From Anaerolineae bacterium (lineage in GTDB: Bacteria; Chloroflexota; Anaerolineae; Aggregatilineales; UBA3940), in NCBI GenBank assembly GCA_016926985.1, contig JAFGNO010000131.1, positions 1 through 32,376 on the forward strand: a stretch of DNA of 32,376 nt, read 5' to 3'. The stretch's first letter is position 1. Every line of letters begins with the position of its first letter. A program made the position numbers and the translations under genes. The notes under the pieces are model-generated. The model was not told where the DNA came from. It was given only the letters and a program-made list of their open reading frames with translations, and made no database searches. Of the stretch, positions 8,401-16,146 are shown piece by piece.

Positions 8401-9969
8401 TTTGCCAGTCAGCCCGACGCCGGCATCATCGGGGATGAAGGCAAGACCGGCCCGTTGCCCAACCGAAAAGATCACCGTGTCGCACTCAATCAGGTGGGCC
8501 GAGCCCGGAATTTTCTCAACGATCAGCCGACCCATCTCATCAAAGTGAAACGACTCAACCCGATCGCAGCAGACGCCGGACACATGCCCGGACGCATCAC
8601 CGACAATCTCTTCAAATGTACGTCCGGCGTGAATGACGACCCCTTCTTCCTCCGCCGCTAACACCTCCCAGTCATGCGCAGGCATTTCTTCGCGGCTCTC
8701 CAGGCAGGCCAGGTGAACCTCTCTGCCCAGCCGGATGGCAGAGCGCGCCACATCAATCGCCACGTTGCCTCCGCCCAGCACCAGCACGCGCCTGCCAAGC
8801 GGTGGGGCGTCGCCGCTGCCATTTTCATAGCGTCCCAGCCGCACATCACGCAGGAAATGGGTGTTGATCAGCACACCCTCGCGGTTGGCGCCGGGTATGG
8901 GTAGCCGGATGCCTTCATGAGCACCGACAGCAATCAAGACAGCATCAAATCCCTCATCGAACAGGTCGTCGAGGTTATTCACCTGCGCGTTGAGTTTCAA
9001 GGTTACGCCGAGATCAACAATATCCTGAATTTCACGCTCGATGATGTATGTGGGGAGCCGGTATTCCGGCACCCCCAGCCGCAGCATTCCCCCGGCAACC
9101 GGCATCGCCTCAAACACGGTGACCGGATACCCTTCCATTGCCAGGTCCTGGGCGGCGGTCAGTCCGCAGGGGCCCGCGCCGATGATCGCCACTTGTTTTT
9201 CATGGGCAACAGGGACAGGCTCTACAGGCTGCCGTTCTTCTGCGTAGACCTTATCGGTAACAAATCGCTTGAGAGCGCGAATATTCACCGGCTCATCCAC
9301 CAACCCACGGTTGCAGGCTGTTTCACAGCGATGGTTGCAAATACGCCCGCAGATACCGGGGAACGGGTTATCCATCTTGATGACGCGCATCGCGTCATGC
9401 CAGCGCCCTTCACGGATCAACGCAATATAGCCCTGGGCACGCTGTCCAGCTGGACAGGCATCACGGCATGGCGCTATGCCCCGTTTTTCAATGGCAAAGG
9501 CGTTGGGTACAGCCTGTGGATAGAGCTGGTAAACCGCTCGATGTTCGGACAGCCCCTCATTGAAATGATCGGTTATAATAACCGGGCAGACCTCAGCGCA
9601 GTCACCGCATCCAACACATTTTTCCACATCGATATAACGCGGCGCCTGGTGAATGCGAACCGCGAAATCGCCCGCCTCCCCGGAAATGTCCTGCACCTCA
9701 GCCTGGGTGATAATTTTAATATTGGGATGGTTGCCTGTTTCTACCAGCTTGGGAGATATGGTACACATCGCACAGTCATTGGTCGGGAACGTCTTGTCAA
9801 GCTGGGCCATTTTCCCGCCAATTGCCGGCTGCGCCTCGATCAGGTAGACCATAAAGCCCTGATCAGCCAGGTCCAGCGAAGCCTGCATGCCGGCAATGCC
9901 GCCACCGACAACCATGACTGCGCCGGTTGGTCTGAGCTCCTGCTGCCCGGTATTTTCGTTTCCCCTCAT
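5416..9969 (-). CDS. hdrL: HdrL-type large flavoprotein: HdrA module interrupted by a GltD/SudA-like NAD(P)H-oxidoreductase module, then a second HdrA module and a C-terminal ferredoxin
   Basis: GGGIAG and LDKTFPTNDCAMC; insert with PCRDACP, CGRICNHRCETAC, GAGPCG, GGGNVAID, GVFAAGD, EAARCLAC; then QCVGSR..CSAVCC, GVFVCHCG, GGGVAG, CSRICC and two C-terminal CxxCxxCxxxCP motifs. Likely start is the ATG at 9969 (GAGGGG RBS) rather than 10014. Confidence 0.9.
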   Translation of the reverse strand: MRGNENTGQQELRPTGAVMVVGGGIAGMQASLDLADQGFMVYLIEAQPAIGGKMAQLDKTFPTNDCAMCTISPKLVETGNHPNIKIITQAEVQDISGEAGDFAVRIHQAPRYIDVEKCVGCGDCAEVCPVIITDHFNEGLSEHRAVYQLYPQAVPNAFAIEKRGIAPCRDACPAGQRAQGYIALIREGRWHDAMRVIKMDNPFPGICGRICNHRCETACNRGLVDEPVNIRALKRFVTDKVYAEERQPVEPVPVAHEKQVAIIGAGPCGLTAAQDLAMEGYPVTVFEAMPVAGGMLRLGVPEYRLPTYIIEREIQDIVDLGVTLKLNAQVNNLDDLFDEGFDAVLIAVGAHEGIRLPIPGANREGVLINTHFLRDVRLGRYENGSGDAPPLGRRVLVLGGGNVAIDVARSAIRLGREVHLACLESREEMPAHDWEVLAAEEEGVVIHAGRTFEEIVGDASGHVSGVCCDRVESFHFDEMGRLIVEKIPGSAHLIECDTVIFSVGQRAGLAFIPDDAGVGLTGKRTIAVNPNTLAATREGVFAAGDSVSGTAFVIEAVDSGHTAARSIIRYLQGDHLEPPPKPELPVVKLTQQEIDERIARGEITPQRRVPLPELPVSKRIGNFAEVEGGYDDESAMAEAARCLACGVCSECMSCTFACGRDAINHDMAATEEMIQVGAVILAPGYQVYRAELSEEYGFGRYPNVITALQYERILSASGPTMGHIQRPSDGQKPQKIAFLQCVGSRDQSHDYCSAVCCMYATKEAIITKEHEPDLDIHVFMMDMRAFSKGYWGYFERARNRYGVQYTRCRISQLHEDPDTRNLLIHYVDDQGAPHDEQFDLVVLSVGMEISESVKALGHRLGIELDEYGFCHTTLFDPLETSRKGIYAVGPFREPKDISESVIEASGAAGAAAGLLSNSRFTLTKQTEYPEERDVSGEELRIGVFVCHCGSNIGGYLDVPEVAEYAATLPGVAHAESNLYTCSQDSIAHIAEEIRERGLNRVVVASCTPLTHEPLFRDCLRTASLNPYLFEMANIRNQCSWVHSHNWDKATAKSKDLVRMAVGRAAELLPQTPITVPVQQRALVVGGGVAGMTAALSLAEQGFPVNLIEKEEALGGNLRYTYTLPDGQDPAAFLRHLVDQVEENPAVTVHLNSQVVDASGFRGNFSTTIETNTGERTVLEHGATILAIGGIEYRGPEYGYGTNPRIVTQQQFEAVLHGGELPDSVVMIQCVGPAEQYCSRICCTVALKNAIALKQRKSDARVVIIYKDIRAYGFKERLYTQARELGVVFVRYDDDHPPDVQSDDGLVVSAWDSAFSQTVRLEPDLLVLSMPVVPRPESREIARLFKANLDNDGFFLEVHVKLRPIDFSTDGLFMAGMAHYPKLLDETIVQAQAAASQAAKVLVYETMTAGGSIAVVDETRCTGCLTCVRVCPFGVPRVKSSLVGTGNIMGAAYIEPAVCQGCGTCASECPAQAIQLRHYSDVQVIAKIDALFGKGRFMDRFDLIALCESDLADKREKL

Positions 9970-10049
9970 GAACCCCCTCACGGATGCTGCCCGATCAAAC
10001 AAAGCAGCGTTCAACCAATGCGTGCCCTCGAAAAGCTCCCTCCTGAGGC

Positions 10050-10568
10050 TTATTCTGTGGCATGCGGCCTGCGCCCACGCCAGCCAACCTCCTCATCCGG
10101 CCCCTCAATTCGCCCGGTATCTGGTACGCCAACATCTGATTTCTGGGGTTTGATGGGGTTAGGGCCAAGTTTTCGGATACGCTCAGTCATCTCATGTGCT
10201 GCCATCGCAAAGGAATGGCCCTGGCTGCCTGACATGAAGAACATCTCAAGCCTGTCACCCCCAATGCCAATCTCGTCAAGAATCGCCTTTGCGCGATTCA
10301 GGCGAGCCAGCCCCCGTTCATTTCCCCTGACATGATGGCAGTTGCCAATCGGGCAGGCAACAACGTAAACGCCGTCAGCGCCCTGTTCAAACGCTTCAAG
10401 CAAATAGCGGACATCCGTTTTACCGGTGCAGGGCATCCGGATGAATTTGATATTTGCGGGGTATTGAATCTGCTGGATTCCGGCTGTATCTGCAGCCATG
10501 TATCCACAATAAATACAGTAAAACGCGGTAATTTCTGGCTCGAAATTGCTGGATTGCTGGGAGTTCAT
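10050..10568 (-). CDS. mvhD: MvhD/FlpD-family [2Fe-2S] subunit, Cys-type, with a C-terminal extension
   Basis: FYCIYCGYMAAD, RMPCTGK, GADGV..ACPIGNCHH, LGPNP; ATGA overlap with the upstream hdrA. Confidence 0.92.
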   Translation of the reverse strand: MNSQQSSNFEPEITAFYCIYCGYMAADTAGIQQIQYPANIKFIRMPCTGKTDVRYLLEAFEQGADGVYVVACPIGNCHHVRGNERGLARLNRAKAILDEIGIGGDRLEMFFMSGSQGHSFAMAAHEMTERIRKLGPNPIKPQKSDVGVPDTGRIEGPDEEVGWRGRRPHATE

Positions 10569-13500
10569 TTAGCCACCTCAGCGCTGATATGGGTCTGCCA
10601 GCTTCCTAACCCACCAATGGAATGAAGCATCATCTGTTCGTCAGTGTAATGCACCAACTGGATTGCATTGGCCGGACATTCGCCAGCGCAGGTCCCACAG
10701 CCCTGGCACTGCGCAGTGTCAATATACGCCGGGCTGCCCAATCCCCCCACCCCAGTCATGTCATCGCGTGGGACAATCTGCGGGATGGCAAACGGGCAGG
10801 TCCGGGTGCAGGTCAGACACCCGACACATTTCTCCGGATCCACAACCGCGACAATGCCTCCCAGATGCAGCGCCTGCTGGGACAGCAAAGGTAAAGCCCT
10901 TGCGGCAGCAGCCAGCGCATGACTGATGCTCTCCTCAATAAACTTTGGATAATGCGCCATACCAGCAAGGAATATACCCTCGCGCATGAAGTCCATGGGA
11001 CGCAGCTTCATCTGGGCTTCTGTGAAAAACCCCTCAGTAGACAGCGGAACCCTCAGTATCTCAGCCAACGCATTGGCCCCTTTGGCGGGCCCAATTGCCA
11101 TACTGATCGGGACCAGATCAGCAGGCAGGTCCAGCCAGCGTTTAATCGTCATATCATAGACGCGGACATGCAGACGGTTGCCATGCCTCACCAGCAAGGG
11201 CGGTTGGCTGTCCTCATAGCGAACAAACAACACACCTAGCTTCCGTGCAGCTTCGTAAAACTCCTCCCGGAACCCATAGGTTACGATATTTTTATAAACT
11301 ATTGTGAGTTGACAATCCGGGTTGAATAATTTGAGGCGAATGGCGTTTTTCATCGTATTGGTACAACAAACCCGCGAACAATATTCCGGGCTGCCGGGAG
11401 GACGAACACACTGTATCATGACAACTTCGCGCAAGGAAGCAATCTGGCCCGGTTCGTGGATAATCATCTCCTCAAGACGCTGCTGTGTGATCACTTCGGG
11501 ATAGACCTCAGCGTTGGTGAGCCACGGATGTTCCTGCGTTTCCCTGCCCCCTGTTGCCACAATCGTCACACCATGCTCGATCTCGGTGTTCGTAAATGAA
11601 CCATCCAGATGACGAGTGTGCAGAACCGCCTGGAAAAATCCCACATGGCCCCGGTGATCGATCACCTCAGTCCGGGTATGGGCCACGATCCGCTGGTGGG
11701 ATCGAACCCGGTTGACCAGGTCCCTCAGCAGACGCTGCGGCTGGTAGCCCTCTGCCACATAATACAGGTTCAAAAGGTTGCCGCCGAGCATATCCTCTCG
11801 CTCGACCAGGTGGACATCGCACCCACTGTCAGCAATGGCCAGCGCCGCCGACATCCCTGATACTCCCCCCCCAATAACCAGAGCCGTTGGGTGACAACTA
11901 TGCATATCTTTGTGAACCGGTTGCGCCAGCACAACACGTCCGGTAGCTGTACGCATGAGTTCAATTGCCTTCTGTGTCACTCTGCCCGGTTGCGCCCTAT
12001 GCACATTGGCACACTGCTCACGAATGTTAACCAGTTCGATAAGGTAGGGATTCAGCCCGACTTCCCGTATGGTGCGCTGGAATAATGGATCATGCGTCCG
12101 GTTGCTGCATGCTCCAATCACCACGCGGTTCAAGTTATACTCGTTGATTTTTTGTTTGATATGATCTGTCCCCGCCATAAAACAGGCATAGTCAATCACT
12201 TCTGATACGACTACATTCGGCCAGTGCGCAGCCTGCCTGAGCACCTCAGGGAGGTCGATTACCTCACTGATCACCTCACCGCATGAACAGGCAAAAATCC
12301 CCACTCTCGGAGACTGGGCGGTAATATCCCTCTCCGGTGGCAGCGTTTCATTGGCAAGGAAGGGCCATTCCCGTGTGAACTGGAAAGTGTTCAACCGGTC
12401 ATTGAGCAGCCGCATGACTTCTGCGGCTGCGCCGCTGGCATCGATGATCGTTTCAGAAATCTCCTTGGGAGAAGAAAAGGCGCCGCAGACAAAAACCCCT
12501 GGACGCGAGGTTTGCAAGGGCGTGAACTTATCTGTCTGGCAAAAGCCATACTCATTCAACTCGATATCCAGCATCTCAGCCAGTTCCCCGGCCGAGTCGG
12601 GTGGTTGAAGCCCGGTTGCCAGCACAACCATCTCATATCGTTCGTGAATTAGTTCACCCCGCTCATTGGCATACTGAAGAATCAAATCACCCGTAAGTGG
12701 ATCCTCCTGAACAGCCGATACCCTGCACCGGACATAGTTGATATGGTGGGTTTCTCGGGCCTGCTCAAAATACTTGCTGTATTCCTTGTTAAACGCGCGT
12801 TCATCCATAATGAAGACGGTACAGACAGCATCTTCACCCATCCGCTGTTTGGCCAGAATAGCCTCTTTGGTGGCGTACATACAGCAGATGGATGAACAGT
12901 ATTTATTTTCCCTGTCCCTGGAGCCAATACATTGCAGCCAGGCAATTGACCGGGGTTTCCGTTGGTCAGATAGACGACTTATCACGCCTTCGGTCGGGCC
13001 GGACCGGCTGGCAAGTCGCTCATAGGTCATGGCATGCAAGACATTTCGGAAACGTCCATAGCCCAGTTCATCCAGGCTGGAGGGGTCATAAGTCTGAAAG
13101 CCCAGCGCCAGGATAATGGCGCCCACATTGATGCCGATCAGTCTTGGTTGTTCGCTCAGGTTGATGGCCCCTGTCGGGCAGATTTCCTGACATTTGCCAC
13201 AGTCGTCACAATAATCACCTTTATCAATCGCATACGAATCCGGTGCAGCTCGCCCGGCTAATTTGAAGGCTGCCTTTCGTGTCGCCAGGTTATCCTGGTA
13301 GGAATCGGGGAGTTCAACCGGGCAGACACGAGCACAGTCTCCACAGTTGGTGCATAACTCAGGGTCGACATAGCGAGGATTCTGGCGCACTGAAACGCTG
13401 AAGTCCCCTGCCTGTCCTTCCACACCAACTATCCGTGAGTTGGTCAATATCTCGATATTGGGATGTCGGTTGTGATCGATATATGCCGGAGACAAAGAGG

Positions 13501-13738
13501 GGCGGGTGCATCCAAACCCATGATCTGCAGTTCCACGACAAAGCACACAGTCATGCTGGGGAAACATATATCCCAGTTGAGCCACCCGCCCACCCAGACA
13601 GGGCGTTTGTTCAACAAGATATACCTGCAATCCGGCATCGGCCAGGTCAAGAGCGGCTCGCATACCGCCGATGCCACCACCGACAACAAGTGCTGCTGCT
13701 GGCTGCCCTTTTGCAGTGCGGGAGCGAAGTGGTTCCAT
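10565..13738 (-). CDS. hdrA: Tandem (double-module) HdrA-like flavoprotein
   Basis: Two GGGxxG FAD motifs (GGGIGG, GGGVSG), two QC..CS..CC cluster motifs, internal and C-terminal ferredoxin motifs. Likely start is the ATG at 13738 (GAGGA RBS). Confidence 0.9.
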   Translation of the reverse strand: MEPLRSRTAKGQPAAALVVGGGIGGMRAALDLADAGLQVYLVEQTPCLGGRVAQLGYMFPQHDCVLCRGTADHGFGCTRPSLSPAYIDHNRHPNIEILTNSRIVGVEGQAGDFSVSVRQNPRYVDPELCTNCGDCARVCPVELPDSYQDNLATRKAAFKLAGRAAPDSYAIDKGDYCDDCGKCQEICPTGAINLSEQPRLIGINVGAIILALGFQTYDPSSLDELGYGRFRNVLHAMTYERLASRSGPTEGVISRLSDQRKPRSIAWLQCIGSRDRENKYCSSICCMYATKEAILAKQRMGEDAVCTVFIMDERAFNKEYSKYFEQARETHHINYVRCRVSAVQEDPLTGDLILQYANERGELIHERYEMVVLATGLQPPDSAGELAEMLDIELNEYGFCQTDKFTPLQTSRPGVFVCGAFSSPKEISETIIDASGAAAEVMRLLNDRLNTFQFTREWPFLANETLPPERDITAQSPRVGIFACSCGEVISEVIDLPEVLRQAAHWPNVVVSEVIDYACFMAGTDHIKQKINEYNLNRVVIGACSNRTHDPLFQRTIREVGLNPYLIELVNIREQCANVHRAQPGRVTQKAIELMRTATGRVVLAQPVHKDMHSCHPTALVIGGGVSGMSAALAIADSGCDVHLVEREDMLGGNLLNLYYVAEGYQPQRLLRDLVNRVRSHQRIVAHTRTEVIDHRGHVGFFQAVLHTRHLDGSFTNTEIEHGVTIVATGGRETQEHPWLTNAEVYPEVITQQRLEEMIIHEPGQIASLREVVMIQCVRPPGSPEYCSRVCCTNTMKNAIRLKLFNPDCQLTIVYKNIVTYGFREEFYEAARKLGVLFVRYEDSQPPLLVRHGNRLHVRVYDMTIKRWLDLPADLVPISMAIGPAKGANALAEILRVPLSTEGFFTEAQMKLRPMDFMREGIFLAGMAHYPKFIEESISHALAAAARALPLLSQQALHLGGIVAVVDPEKCVGCLTCTRTCPFAIPQIVPRDDMTGVGGLGSPAYIDTAQCQGCGTCAGECPANAIQLVHYTDEQMMLHSIGGLGSWQTHISAEVAK

Positions 13739-13907
13739 AGAGCATTCCTCGACGTTGAAAACCACGTACAACTAACGGAAATACACCATTAACAAATGGA
13801 CGTGTGAATAGGACTATGAAGTCTGAGTGGTAGGCGGGAGAAGGTGAACGTGGAGTAGTTAGCGTGATTGTGTGTGAGAGTTCTGTTTTATGCAGCTATT
13901 TAAATGC

Positions 13908-13937
13908 ATTATACGAGATGGGCTTATTCACAGTCAA
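13908..13937 (-). promoter_or_regulatory. Sigma70-type promoter of the hdr-met operon
   Basis: Minus strand TTGACT (13937-13932), 18-nt spacer, TATAAT (13913-13908). Confidence 0.75.
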
Positions 13938-13940
13938 TTA

Positions 13941-13958
13941 TTGTGATAATTTGCACAA
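13941..13958. promoter_or_regulatory. Rex-like operator (NADH/NAD+ sensing repressor)
   Basis: TTGTGATAATTTGCACAA versus Rex consensus TTGTGAA-N4-TTCACAA (2 mismatches), 3 bp upstream of the -35. Confidence 0.7.
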
Positions 13959-14115
13959 AACCTGGTGCGAAGATTCAGCATCAGCCTGTATGTCGCAGGG
14001 GTCTCACATCAGCAATCCCCGCCTAGCAAAGGACCCGCACTGTTGCAAAAGGCTGTGCGGAAGCGGAGATGCTTTCCACACAGCCAATATCGTGTAAACG
14101 AAGTTTCTGACCCTG

Positions 14116-15357
14116 TTAGTGCTCCGCTGGTACACTGTCAGCCGCAGGATAGATAGGCAGATAGCGCACTCCCAGTGTCAGGCCCAGCAACGCATAAGCA
14201 ATGATTCCCAGAAACGCGCCAATTTCAATCAGCGTAGGCGTATAGGACAATCGGGGGAAAAGAAAGGCCGTTCCAGGAGACCAATCGAGCGGCACAACCA
14301 GGCCGGAGATAGTTGTATTCCAGCGGAGCATAACAACGCCAACAATGGTCAAGGCAGCGGCCAGCATAAGCATCCAATCATTCTCACGCAGACGTCGCCA
14401 CATATAAATGATAGCAGGCAGAATTCCCCCGATCAGAACCTCAACCCACCAGAAAGTCGCCCCATAGGGAGATGTCTGGTATAGAAGCTCCAGGCCCGCC
14501 TCGGTAGCAGGAAGACTGCTGTAGTAGTTAGTGGCTGCCCAGTTCCACACCTTTAAATAGAGATAAAAGAGCAAGGCTGCGCCAGCAATCAGCGCCAGAT
14601 CGCGTAAAACGCCCGGCTTAACCACATATTTTCCCCGCAAGAGGCTGACAACCAGGGTAACCAGCAAGGTCGCCGACAGGCCGCCAGCCACAGCCGACAG
14701 GATAAATTGGACCGGCAGCGAGGGGTTATACCAGAGCGGTCGGGCAGCAATAATACCATACGTTGCACCAAGAGAAGATTGGTGCAGGAGTGATAGGACA
14801 AGACCAATCAGCGCAAATATCGGCGTGAAGCGATGAAGCTGGTGGGCCGCTTTCGGTGCAGCCGCCCAGCGCGCCTTGACAACGTCGCTCTCCAAAACAA
14901 CAACCGCGATCTCAAGCGCCAGCACTGTGAAGTAAAACACCACGCACATCGTGATTTCCCACAACACCGAGTGGACATTCCAGTAAACCAGTGGATGCCA
15001 GAACCGATCCGGGCGGCCAATGTCCAGGGCAAGGGCCAGCATCGCAGAGGAGTATCCCAGAAACCCACCAAGCACAGCGATCCGGGCAACCCCCTCAAAC
15101 CGCTTGATGTTCAGCAGGTAAACAACCGCCGATAGAACAAACGCGCCTGCTCCCAGACTGATTGCTGAGAGGTCCAGGGCAATCCACAATCCCCACGGTA
15201 TCTGGTGTGACAGCCCGGTAACACCCAACCCTTTAGCAAATACCACCACTCCACACACAACGCCAATCACCAGCAGAATCCCCAGGAGGCCAATCCAAAT
15301 TTTCAGGCCCAGAGGCATGTCAAGCCATGGTAGCTTTTTCATAACGGCGCCTGTCAT
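14116..15357 (-). CDS. NrfD/PsrC-family (HmcC/HybB-like, ~10 TM) quinone-interacting membrane subunit
   Basis: PWGLWIA, LALDIGRPDRFWH, SVLWEI, LSLLHQSSLG, RPLWY motifs; many hydrophobic helices. Confidence 0.9.
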   Translation of the reverse strand: MTGAVMKKLPWLDMPLGLKIWIGLLGILLVIGVVCGVVVFAKGLGVTGLSHQIPWGLWIALDLSAISLGAGAFVLSAVVYLLNIKRFEGVARIAVLGGFLGYSSAMLALALDIGRPDRFWHPLVYWNVHSVLWEITMCVVFYFTVLALEIAVVVLESDVVKARWAAAPKAAHQLHRFTPIFALIGLVLSLLHQSSLGATYGIIAARPLWYNPSLPVQFILSAVAGGLSATLLVTLVVSLLRGKYVVKPGVLRDLALIAGAALLFYLYLKVWNWAATNYYSSLPATEAGLELLYQTSPYGATFWWVEVLIGGILPAIIYMWRRLRENDWMLMLAAALTIVGVVMLRWNTTISGLVVPLDWSPGTAFLFPRLSYTPTLIEIGAFLGIIAYALLGLTLGVRYLPIYPAADSVPAEH

Positions 15358-16145
15358 GAGATCACCATCCCTTCAGCCGGGATATAGTAGACGTTAGGCT
15401 CCGTGCCCAGGTCTTCTTTCAGCTTAAAAGTAGGCGTACTGGCAATGAGTTTCGCCACTTCTGATTCCGGGTCATTCAGATCGCCAAACAGCCGGGCCTG
15501 AACCGGGCAGATATTGACACAGGCAGGTGTTGCAGAACGATCAACACCGGGCATCAATCCCTGTTCCAACCCGCGATCGATCCGGTGCACACAGAAAGTA
15601 CACTTTTCAACCACCCCACGCGGGCGGCGCTCGATTTCAGCAACGCCATATTCTGGCTGATAGGGATTTACATCGCTCCGGGGGGAGTAGTTGAAACGCC
15701 GCGCATCATAAGGGCAGGCCACCATGCAATACCGGCAGCCAATACAGCGGTCATAATCCATCACCACCACGCCATCCCCTCGCTGATAGGTGGCATGCAC
15801 CGGGCATACGTCAGCGCATGGCGGGTCCTGGCAGTGCAGGCAGGGACGAGTCATGTGGAAAATCTGACCCGTGACCGTCCGGTCCGGCGTGTAGACATTC
15901 CACAGCATATCTTCAGCAGTATCGTTTACTGCCCGGCATGCATAAACACAATACTGGCATCCAATACACTTACTCAGGTCGATCACCATCACCCAGCGGT
16001 GATTTCCTTCTGCCGTTTCTTCAGCATTGACCCGGTGAGCAATCCCCGGTGAGGCCAGCGCCGCGGCAACTGCTGTGGAGAAACCAGCAATGCCAAGCGC
16101 TTCCAGGAACTTCCGCCTGCTAACAGGCTTTACGTTTTCTGTCAT
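15354..16145 (-). CDS. NrfC/DsrO-like 4x[4Fe-4S] protein with a Tat signal
   Basis: SRRKFL twin-arginine motif; CIGCQYCVYAC, CLHCQDPPCADVCP, CIGCRYCMVACP, CTFC..CVNICP. Likely start is the ATG at 16145 (GAGGAG RBS). Confidence 0.9.
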   Translation of the reverse strand: MTENVKPVSRRKFLEALGIAGFSTAVAAALASPGIAHRVNAEETAEGNHRWVMVIDLSKCIGCQYCVYACRAVNDTAEDMLWNVYTPDRTVTGQIFHMTRPCLHCQDPPCADVCPVHATYQRGDGVVVMDYDRCIGCRYCMVACPYDARRFNYSPRSDVNPYQPEYGVAEIERRPRGVVEKCTFCVHRIDRGLEQGLMPGVDRSATPACVNICPVQARLFGDLNDPESEVAKLIASTPTFKLKEDLGTEPNVYYIPAEGMVIS

Positions 16146-16146
16146 G

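Noticed and set aside
8917-10335. 472-aa plus-strand ORF, and similar antisense ORFs such as 6085-6813, 7843-8661, 16735-17544 and 28287-29057
   Set aside because: They are antisense shadows of well-supported genes in GC-rich coding DNA, with no recognisable motifs
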